From a virus: a stretch of 64,000 nucleotides of DNA. Shown piece after piece: positions 57,243 through 64,000 of the stretch. Every line of letters starts with the position of its first letter. Position 1 is the first letter of the stretch. A program made the position numbers and the translations under genes. The notes under the pieces are model-generated. The model did not search any database. It was not told the origin of the DNA and saw nothing but the letters and a program-made list of their open reading frames with translations. The stretch is taken from the IMG/VR virus record IMGVR_UViG_3300032080_000001, positions 1-64,000 of that record; one strand, given 5' to 3'.

Positions 57243-57446
57243 ATGATGAGCAACGGACTACGCATCGAGGTGCGCTACGGCAAGAACGAGCTGTGGCCGA
57301 GTGGCGCGCAGAAGGCCCGCGCACTGCGGGGCATTCAGGAGTTCGCGGAAGCCCTCGACCTGGGTGCCGTGACGATGGACGCGGACCAGGAGGAGCAGGA
57401 ATACCTCCTTCTCTTTACCGCAGGAGACCAGCCGGAGCACGCCTGA
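57243..57446 (+). CDS. hypothetical protein
   Basis: short coupled ORF. Confidence 0.5.
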   Translation: MMSNGLRIEVRYGKNELWPSGAQKARALRGIQEFAEALDLGAVTMDADQEEQEYLLLFTAGDQPEHA

Positions 57447-57841
57447 TGAAGCGGCTCAAGAACGGCACCACCATTGAGGTGACGGAGCGGTCGGGGCAGG
57501 TGCGACAAATCGGTCACGTGCAGGGAGAAACGTTCGTGGCGTTCCGGCGGGACGAGGAGCGCCACCTCTTCCGGGGAGGCTCGGAGACCGCGCAGGACGC
57601 GAGGGAGAACGGCACGGCGGCGTGGGGCTTGGACCTGTCCGCGATGCGGCAGTTGCACGAGAACCACGGCATCCAGTACGTCGAAATCCCGACCGCGCGC
57701 GGCACGTACCGCGCGAAGATGGAGACGGTCATCGGTCCGAAGAGCTTCCAGAAGGAGTTCAGCGGACACCGAGTGCAAACGTTTCTGCCGCTGGGGTACT
57801 GGACGCTGACGCGCGGGGACGCGCGAAAGAAGAGCGCATGA
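57446..57841 (+). CDS. hypothetical protein
   Basis: TGATG coupling; normal codon bias. Confidence 0.6.
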   Translation: MKRLKNGTTIEVTERSGQVRQIGHVQGETFVAFRRDEERHLFRGGSETAQDARENGTAAWGLDLSAMRQLHENHGIQYVEIPTARGTYRAKMETVIGPKSFQKEFSGHRVQTFLPLGYWTLTRGDARKKSA

Positions 57842-58026
57842 ACGAGGCGGTCGCGGACTACTGGTTCGAGAACTACATCGACAAGCACTGCACCCTCTGC
57901 GGCAACAGCGGCGTCATTGACACGACCGGCGTGACTACGGCCGCCGGGGTGCCGGTCGGTCGTAAGAACTACTGCGGTTGCCCGAACGGGCAGCAGAAGC
58001 GCGCACTCAAGGCCAGCATCGTATGA
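57838..58026 (+). CDS. small zinc-finger protein
   Basis: CTLC...CGC motifs. Confidence 0.55.
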   Translation: MNEAVADYWFENYIDKHCTLCGNSGVIDTTGVTTAAGVPVGRKNYCGCPNGQQKRALKASIV

Positions 58027-58262
58027 ACGGCATCATCTACATCACGGCCGAGGAACACTCAGGGCACCCGCTCAACATCGAGCATACGCACACCAAGCCG
58101 CCGGTCATTCGGGAAGACGACGACACCGGAGCGGGCGGCATCGTCCTCCCACTCGCGGTGGCCCAGGAGGCGAAGGTGACGTGCGTCGTCTGCGGCGTGC
58201 GCCTCATCGAAGGTGAGGACTACGTGGTCCAGGAAGACGAGGTGGAGCCGTGGCGAACCTGA
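58023..58262 (+). CDS. hypothetical protein
   Basis: ATGA overlap; CVVC motif. Confidence 0.5.
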   Translation: MNGIIYITAEEHSGHPLNIEHTHTKPPVIREDDDTGAGGIVLPLAVAQEAKVTCVVCGVRLIEGEDYVVQEDEVEPWRT

Positions 58263-58435
58263 ACATTACGGCGCGCGGGCACCATAATCACCGGCTGTAC
58301 CTCTCGCTGCCGACTACCCTGGCGCCCGTAGCCGTGACCGGAACGGTACACTGGGACGTATGGTGTGCCACTTGCGGGGTGTTCTTGCCCGAGACGGAGT
58401 ACGACGCGGAGGTGGCGCGTGCCCCTCGGGAGTAG
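58250..58435 (+). CDS. hypothetical protein
   Basis: GGAG Shine-Dalgarno; CATC motif. Confidence 0.45.
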   Translation: MANLNITARGHHNHRLYLSLPTTLAPVAVTGTVHWDVWCATCGVFLPETEYDAEVARAPRE

Positions 58436-58844
58436 GCGGGAGCCGCGCTTCCTGGGCGAGGACCCGAACGAGCGGCGCAAGAAAGGCTTCACCCGACACG
58501 AGAAGAAGCTCGCCAAGGACCTCGGGGGCGTCACGACGGTCGGGTCCGGCAACAAGGGTATGAAGGGCGACGTACACGGCGGCGACCGGGACGCAGGGCA
58601 GCGCATCATGGCTGAGGCCAAGAGCACCCAGGCCCGCCAGATCGCGCTCAAGCTGGACTGGCTGGAGAAGTTGGTCAACGAGGCGTTCGACGCGAGAATG
58701 GAGCCCGCGCTGTTCCTGCGGTTCGACAGCCTGGGCTCGTCCAACTATCAGGACTGGGCGGTCATCCCGAAGAACCGCTACCTGGAGTTGCTCGAACAGG
58801 AGGCCAGCCAGCGCCGCGCCTCCGGCTCTTCGCACGAACCCTAG
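58419..58844 (+). CDS. PD-(D/E)XK nuclease, putative Holliday junction resolvase
   Basis: E...A...GSG...KGD...EAKST motifs. Confidence 0.7.
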   Translation: MPLGSRREPRFLGEDPNERRKKGFTRHEKKLAKDLGGVTTVGSGNKGMKGDVHGGDRDAGQRIMAEAKSTQARQIALKLDWLEKLVNEAFDARMEPALFLRFDSLGSSNYQDWAVIPKNRYLELLEQEASQRRASGSSHEP

Positions 58845-58876
58845 TACCGGTAGAGTACCGGCTCCGCCATGCGGGG

Positions 58877-58905
58877 TTGACAACTCTCCTTGATGCGATT
58901 ACATT
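58877..58905 (+). promoter_or_regulatory. sigma70-type promoter
   Basis: TTGACA-17-TACATT, preceded by tandem TACCGG boxes at 58845 and 58856. Confidence 0.65.
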
Positions 58906-58922
58906 CCACTACGAGTAAGACG

Positions 58923-59516
58923 ATGTACTACTTGAAGCCGGGCGACGTTACCGTGCTCGGAATCTCCGGGCAGATGGGGAACGGCAAGAGCACGTTGACG
59001 CAGGTGGCGGTCGAGGAGTACGGGTTCGTCCCGCAGTCTCTCGCGCGCCACTTCAAGGTGGACGCCGTCGCGAAGGACGGCCGTAACCCCGCAAGCATCT
59101 TCGGTCCGCACAAGGACCCGGAGGACCGGGACGTGTTGCAGAAGCGCGGGACGGAGGAGGGGCGGATGGTCTACGGCGAGGACGTGTGGCTGCGGCACGC
59201 CGAGGCGCATATGTTCGACCTGGCCGAGCACGGGGTGAAGCTCATCGTCGTGCCCGACGTGCGGTTTCCGAACGAGGTGCGGTGGGTGCAGAGCCTCGGA
59301 GGGAAGGTCTACCGCGTGTTCGGTCGCAAGCCCGAGATGACTGAGGGGCACGAGAGCGAGACCGCCCTGAACGGCTGGAGCTGGCAGAGCCCGGACGGCG
59401 GACGCGGCTTCGACAGCATGCTGGCGAACAGCACCACGCTGGAGGACTTGCAGCGGCAGATGCGGGCGTGCCTGGAGACGGACTACAACCTTCGGAGACT
59501 ACTGAGGACGGCCTAA
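58923..59516 (+). CDS. deoxynucleoside monophosphate kinase
   Basis: GISGQMGNGKST, R..LQ..GTE, DVRFPNE and HESE motifs. Confidence 0.88.
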   Translation: MYYLKPGDVTVLGISGQMGNGKSTLTQVAVEEYGFVPQSLARHFKVDAVAKDGRNPASIFGPHKDPEDRDVLQKRGTEEGRMVYGEDVWLRHAEAHMFDLAEHGVKLIVVPDVRFPNEVRWVQSLGGKVYRVFGRKPEMTEGHESETALNGWSWQSPDGGRGFDSMLANSTTLEDLQRQMRACLETDYNLRRLLRTA

Positions 59517-59518
59517 CG

Positions 59519-59830
59519 ATGCTCACATCGACGCCTGAGCGGGTAGCTATAGGGCTACGCGACTACATCGCCTGGGAGAGCCGCGCGGTCGCGGACGTGG
59601 AGGTGCGGACGCGGCTCGGACGCCGGTGTGAGGTGCTCATTTCCATGAAGGCGAGCGAGGCGTTGCCCTCCCCCAAGCACCTGGAGCGGGACCTGACGGA
59701 CATGCTCCCCGAGGGGTACACCCTGACGATGAACTGGAAGGCGGATGAACCCGACCGACGAAAGAAGCACCCTGCCAAGCGGAATGCCCGTAAGCGACCG
59801 CCGCCTCGAAAGGGCCGCCGCCGTGAGTGA
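59519..59830 (+). CDS. hypothetical protein
   Basis: fills the gap between kinase and dUTPase; basic tail. Confidence 0.5.
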   Translation: MLTSTPERVAIGLRDYIAWESRAVADVEVRTRLGRRCEVLISMKASEALPSPKHLERDLTDMLPEGYTLTMNWKADEPDRRKKHPAKRNARKRPPPRKGRRRE

Positions 59831-60362
59831 GCGCGCCCGTTTCGCGCACCCCGCGCACGTCGCCCGCTGGCACCGGCTGCACGCGGACGCCGAGCTTCCG
59901 GCGCGCGGCACCCCGCACGCCGCCGGGTACGACCTCAAGGCGTACCTACTCGGCTCGCCGGTGCAGATGACGCAGGGTCCCGAGCTGTTCACGCGGCATG
60001 CGGACACGGAGGCGGAGACGCCGTTCATCGCGCTGATGCCGGGGCAGCGTGCTGTCATCCCCACCGGTCTGCGCGTAGCGCTGCCCGAGAGCGTGGTGAT
60101 GGACGTGCGCCCGCGCAGCGGCACGAGCCTGCGGAAGGGGCTGGAAATCGTGAACGCCCCCGGCACGATTGACGAGGACTACCGGGGCGAGGTGGGCATC
60201 ATCGTGAAGAACGCAACCTCCGCGATGCTGTTTATCGAGCACGGCGAGCGCATCGCCCAGGTGGTCTTCCTCCGGGTCGAACACCCGTTCTTCGAGGACG
60301 CCGACGCGCTGGACGAGACCGAGCGCGGAAACGGCGCCTTCGGCTCTACCGGAGTGAAGTGA
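59823..60362 (+). CDS. dut: dUTPase (trimeric type)
   Basis: AAGYDL, PRSG, GTIDEDYRGE, RIAQ and RG.GAFGSTG motifs. Confidence 0.95.
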   Translation: MSERARFAHPAHVARWHRLHADAELPARGTPHAAGYDLKAYLLGSPVQMTQGPELFTRHADTEAETPFIALMPGQRAVIPTGLRVALPESVVMDVRPRSGTSLRKGLEIVNAPGTIDEDYRGEVGIIVKNATSAMLFIEHGERIAQVVFLRVEHPFFEDADALDETERGNGAFGSTGVK

Positions 60363-60619
60363 TGACCATGACGACTACGAATCTGCTGCTCCTCCTCCTC
60401 GCCGCCTACCTCTGGTTTCAGGGCGGCCTCGGCTGGGCGGCGTGGCACGAACTCAAGGGAGGGCTCAAGCTGACCCTCCTCGGCAAGTCCATCATCGTGG
60501 CGGCGAGCCCCATCTTCACGGCCATCTCCTTCGGGGCGATGGCGCTGGAGGGGTTCAATGTCAACGTCCTCCAGCCCTGGCGGGACTGGCGGAACCGTAG
60601 AAAGGGCATAGGCGCGTGA
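60359..60619 (+). CDS. small membrane protein
   Basis: two hydrophobic segments. Confidence 0.55.
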   Translation: MMTMTTTNLLLLLLAAYLWFQGGLGWAAWHELKGGLKLTLLGKSIIVAASPIFTAISFGAMALEGFNVNVLQPWRDWRNRRKGIGA

Positions 60620-61512
60620 GCGCATTCCTCAAGGCCATCGCCAAGAACAACGCCAAGAAGCGCACCGGCTACGCGGTCCCGCTCATCGAAGAGCACTTAC
60701 TACTCACCGACTTGAGCGAGGACCGCCGCGACAAGATGTTCCACCCGTCTTCCCTGGCGGGTGGCTTTTGTCCACGCGAGTGGTCGCTCTATAACTATCA
60801 CCCCGAGGGGTACACCATCCGCGAGGGTTCGGTAGACCCGCGCCTCGGCCGCATCTTCGGGAATGGCCACGACGTGCACGCCCGCATCCAGTCGTACCTC
60901 GGCGCCCACCTGTGGGGGCTGTGGGTCCGCCGGGTCGATTGGGACAAGCAGAATGACCGCCCGGTGCTGGAGACCCACAAGGGGTTCCGGCCGAGCGGCA
61001 ACGGATGGACCTATGCCGAGGTGAAGCTGCGGCACGAGCCGCACCGCATCCTCGGGAGCACGGACGGGCTGCTGCACATCGACGGCGAGAAGTGGGGCCT
61101 CGAAATCAAGAGCATCAACCCGGACGGCTACCGCTGGCTCCAGGACAAGCCGAGGGTGGTTCATACGAATCAGGTGCTCATTTACGAGCACGCGCTGGAG
61201 TGGGAGCGCACGGCCTCCGGCAAGAAGCACCGGGACGCATTCGACGCATTGCCCCTACGCGGCTTTATCGTCCTGTATGAGAACAAGGGCACGCAGGAGT
61301 TGAAGGAGTACGTCGTGCCCTTCGACGCGCAGCAGGTCGAGGCGTTCATGCAGAGCCGCTTGCTGCTGATGGATGAGGCACTGGAGTTCGAGCGGTCCGG
61401 GGAGCACCCGGCGTGCACGTGCGACGTGGGGAAGGAGTCGCCGCTGTGCAAGGCGTTCCCCGACCCGAACCGCTTCGCCAACTTGTTCAACAAGCTCGTC
61501 GCCTCGCCTTGA
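60616..61512 (+). CDS. Cas4/RecB-like PD-(D/E)XK exonuclease
   Basis: HPSSL...CPR, G...H, G..DG...EIKS, Q..IY and three C-terminal Cys. Confidence 0.8.
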   Translation: MSAFLKAIAKNNAKKRTGYAVPLIEEHLLLTDLSEDRRDKMFHPSSLAGGFCPREWSLYNYHPEGYTIREGSVDPRLGRIFGNGHDVHARIQSYLGAHLWGLWVRRVDWDKQNDRPVLETHKGFRPSGNGWTYAEVKLRHEPHRILGSTDGLLHIDGEKWGLEIKSINPDGYRWLQDKPRVVHTNQVLIYEHALEWERTASGKKHRDAFDALPLRGFIVLYENKGTQELKEYVVPFDAQQVEAFMQSRLLLMDEALEFERSGEHPACTCDVGKESPLCKAFPDPNRFANLFNKLVASP

Positions 61513-61537
61513 CAAAACGGCGTGACCCTATTATCTT
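61509..61537 (+). promoter_or_regulatory. sigma70-type promoter with TGACCCTAT spacer motif
   Basis: TTGACA-17-TATCTT. Confidence 0.7.
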
Positions 61538-61588
61538 GGGTGACGCTTCTTCTTAAAGCCACGCTAACGGTACACTGACGGTACGCTG

Positions 61589-62026
61589 ATGATTCGAGTC
61601 TACCTGGCGGGCGGTCTCAAGACGGACTGGCAGCAGAACGTCATCGACGCTTTCGCGGATGACCGCGAGGTCGAGTTCCTGGACCCACGAGAAGTGAGTC
61701 CGGACGGGGGAGGGATGCTGTTCCTCGCCGCGCAGGTAGAGCGGGAGTGGCTCGACCGCGCGGACATCGTATTTGGTTACGTCGAGGTGGCGAATACGGT
61801 CCCCATCGGACTTGCCGCCGAGTTTGGGTACATCGCCGGAAAGCGGCGCGCGATGACCGGCTCTGCGCCCACGCTCATCCTGGTGAACCAGCTTGAGACG
61901 AGGGGCATGGAGTGGGTTGCCTTCTTCGTGCAGCCCGACCAGTACACTACGTCGCTCGGCCGAGGGCTGGACTTGCTGCGGCACGCTGTCGAGGCGCACC
62001 GGCCCCATCAGCGAAAGGCGGCGTGA
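61589..62026 (+). CDS. second nucleoside 2-deoxyribosyltransferase-like protein
   Basis: VYLAGG...WQ...LDP...ADIV...G...EFGY. Confidence 0.7.
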   Translation: MIRVYLAGGLKTDWQQNVIDAFADDREVEFLDPREVSPDGGGMLFLAAQVEREWLDRADIVFGYVEVANTVPIGLAAEFGYIAGKRRAMTGSAPTLILVNQLETRGMEWVAFFVQPDQYTTSLGRGLDLLRHAVEAHRPHQRKAA

Positions 62027-62027
62027 T

Positions 62028-62603
62028 ATGGCGCGCCTCCTGGTGTCTGGAAGTCGCCACATCGTCAACCCCGAGGCGGTGTCAACCATCCTCGACACGG
62101 TTGTCGAGCTGATGGGATTCCCCCTCGATACGGTGGGCTATTTCGACACACTGTGGGGGGTGTCCCTCGCGGCAGGTGAGTGGGTACAGGCAAGGGGCCA
62201 CCCCGAGAGGGTGTTCTACTCCGTTACTGAGGCCGTGAAATGGGTAGCGGCGGACCCGGAGAGTGCTCTGGTCTACATCTACGACGACCCGAGTGACACG
62301 GGGGTGATGGACGAAGCGCGGCGTAGAGGCGTGGCGGTACTGGAATACTTCGTAGACCGGGAAGCCACTAGCCCGCCAGAGGCGGCTCCGGACCCGAACG
62401 TCGAGGCGGCCCTCGTTCGGGAGATACAGGCGCACCTCGACGCGGAGATACTGCGCGAACAGGACTACTGGGCAGCTACGAAGAAAACTGCTGCGGTAGA
62501 TACGCTCTTCGAGCAGGCGTTCGCCAAGTGGGGCGCAGTCCGTCCCGAGGATGCCTTCAACCGGTTCGCTAAGAACCCACTTGACGGGTGGGAGTTCAAA
62601 TGA
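62028..62603 (+). CDS. putative SLOG/DUF2493-like protein
   Basis: RLLVSGSR N-terminus and ARRRGV motif. Confidence 0.45.
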   Translation: MARLLVSGSRHIVNPEAVSTILDTVVELMGFPLDTVGYFDTLWGVSLAAGEWVQARGHPERVFYSVTEAVKWVAADPESALVYIYDDPSDTGVMDEARRRGVAVLEYFVDREATSPPEAAPDPNVEAALVREIQAHLDAEILREQDYWAATKKTAAVDTLFEQAFAKWGAVRPEDAFNRFAKNPLDGWEFK

Positions 62604-63217
62604 CGCTGAACGACAACTGGCTCGGCTTCGGGCGATGGAACGAGGAGTTTGCTGCCACCGCCGCGCAGGTGGACACGGCGGGGCTGTACGGGCCCCTGCG
62701 GGGCGTCACGGAAATCGAGTTCGGCCGCCTGCGGCGTGCTCTGCGCTGTACGGTGACGCCCTTCGACGGCGGTTACCACGTCTACGACCCGAAGGGTCGG
62801 GAAGGGGTACCCGAGGACGCGCTTCCGGGGGAGTTCGTGAACCTGGACGACGGCGCCGCCACCACGCGCTGTTACTGCGAGGACTTCCTCCTGCCGGGTG
62901 GCGCGCGTGGTGAGGGCGACGAGGCCCGGTCCGGCGAGGAGAGCGGCCGACCGTGTAAACACATCCTAGCAGCGTGCCTTGCTCACCCCGAGCATCGCAA
63001 GCAGCTGGAGCCCTTCGTACGAACGATGGAGCACCAGGACCGCGTCGCGGCAGCGGCTAAGAAGACCGTCACCGGCGAGGAGGCCGAGGCGGTGGCCCTG
63101 GCCGAGGAGGAAGGTGTGGGCCGCCTGCATGCACAGGTGGCTCTTACGGAAGCGAAGGGCGACGTGGACGCGGCGCGTAACCTCCTCCGTCAACGGGCGA
63201 AATGGATGCTACGATGA
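62600..63217 (+). CDS. SWIM zinc-finger protein with C-terminal UBA/EF-Ts-N-like domain
   Basis: CYCEDF...CKHILA; GVG.L.A..AL.EA.GDVDAA..LLR. Confidence 0.65.
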   Translation: MTLNDNWLGFGRWNEEFAATAAQVDTAGLYGPLRGVTEIEFGRLRRALRCTVTPFDGGYHVYDPKGREGVPEDALPGEFVNLDDGAATTRCYCEDFLLPGGARGEGDEARSGEESGRPCKHILAACLAHPEHRKQLEPFVRTMEHQDRVAAAAKKTVTGEEAEAVALAEEEGVGRLHAQVALTEAKGDVDAARNLLRQRAKWMLR

Positions 63218-63423
63218 ACAAAGAGCGACCGACTCTCACTGGGGCCCTGCTGTACAGTGTGGAGGCAGTGCCCGGCATGACCGCGAGCCAGTGGGCCTCG
63301 CGTCTGGACGAAGACCCCGCCACCGTCTCCAGCCTTCTCCTTCGGCTGTACCGACGAGGGGCGGTGGAACGACGCTGTTGCGGACCGCGCGGCGGCTTCA
63401 CCTACCATCCGGGTGCGGAGTGA
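63214..63423 (+). CDS. small winged-helix DNA-binding protein
   Basis: PGMTASQWASRL......VSSLL.RLYRRG.VER. Confidence 0.6.
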   Translation: MNKERPTLTGALLYSVEAVPGMTASQWASRLDEDPATVSSLLLRLYRRGAVERRCCGPRGGFTYHPGAE

Positions 63424-63431
63424 GAAAAGTG

Positions 63432-63701
63432 ATGACTGAGTACTTCCTCGCTGCGTACGAGGGCATTCGTGCGCTGCGGAGTGGCTGGAAGCTGCGGGAC
63501 TTGCGCGGCACGCTGCGCGGCCCGATTCGAGATTTCAAAGGCAACGTGCTGTCGTGGTGCCACTTCTGTAACCAGGGCATATACGAGGGCGAGGGCATCT
63601 ATGCCCCGCCAGAGAAGCTGGGGTGGGACGGCCCGTACGTGGCGGTCGAAGTCTGCCCTCGCTGCCTGCGGGGGCCCACCGACGACAACGAGAACACATG
63701 A
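63432..63701 (+). CDS. small zinc-finger protein
   Basis: CHFC...CPRC. Confidence 0.5.
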   Translation: MTEYFLAAYEGIRALRSGWKLRDLRGTLRGPIRDFKGNVLSWCHFCNQGIYEGEGIYAPPEKLGWDGPYVAVEVCPRCLRGPTDDNENT

Positions 63702-64000
63702 ACGAAATCGAGCGTAAGTACTTGGCGTCCTACCAGCTCGCGTTTTTCAACGGCGAGATGGAGAAGGACCTGACCGTGAAGCAGGGGTACATTGTGGCCC
63801 TGTCGTTCATGGAGTGGCGCCTCCGCGCGACAGACTACCACATCCCCGCCAAGGGGCTGCGGTTCCACACGGCGTTCAAGTTCGGCAACGGCTTCGTGCG
63901 CAAGGAGTACGAGTGGGAGATTCCGGGATGGGCCTGGAAGACGCTCTCGGTGCTCGTGTCGAACTGGCTGTCGAAGACGCGGTACTCGCGCGGTGGCTGG
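63698..64000 (+). CDS. CYTH-domain protein (truncated by the window end)
   Basis: MNEIERKYL (ExERK motif), QGY, RLR, R.EYE.EI and KTRY; not in the supplied ORF track. Confidence 0.8.
   Translation, partial: MNEIERKYLASYQLAFFNGEMEKDLTVKQGYIVALSFMEWRLRATDYHIPAKGLRFHTAFKFGNGFVRKEYEWEIPGWAWKTLSVLVSNWLSKTRYSRGGW

Noticed and set aside
1-64000. Many long minus-strand and alternate-frame ORFs (for example 6322..8304, 17958..19805, 34786..37110)
   Set aside because: Shadow ORFs of high-GC3 plus-strand genes, with Arg/Pro/Gly-rich translations and no recognisable motifs
1-64000. Prophage or temperate lifestyle
   Set aside because: No integrase, CI/Cro divergent switch, att site or host genes in the window; cannot be excluded for the rest of the genome

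Overview
The whole window is part of a high-GC (roughly two-thirds G+C, judged by eye) tailed dsDNA bacteriophage genome with a contractile tail (myovirus morphotype). Essentially all credible genes are on the + strand. Gene order: putative small terminase, a non-coding iteron/AT-rich region, large terminase, T4-like portal, prohead protease-scaffold and major capsid, neck, sheath, tube, frameshifting tail chaperone, tape measure, baseplate, tail fibres, FN3-repeat protein, amidase + holin (to ~39.2 kb). Then a replication/recombination/nucleotide-metabolism region: HTH initiator, ATP-dependent ligase, DnaC-like loader, DnaB, primase, SSB, PolA, SF2 helicase, RecA, ThyX, dNMP kinase, dUTPase, Cas4-like nuclease, and a CYTH protein cut by the window end. 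I saw no integrase, tRNA, rRNA or CRISPR array. The most unusual signals are non-coding: (1) a TACCGGTA box in most intergenic gaps, often in 11-bp-phased tandems fused to the -10 element; (2) a second palindrome, TTCNTANGAA, scattered genome-wide including inside genes; (3) 18-bp palindromic iterons both inside the initiator gene and ~39 kb away next to an AT-rich tract; (4) a promoter-preceded ~92-nt three-way-junction RNA candidate between dnaB and the primase operon; (5) apparent avoidance of GATC and several 6-bp restriction sites. All functional calls come from motifs and gene order read by eye, with no database searches, and all motif counts are manual.
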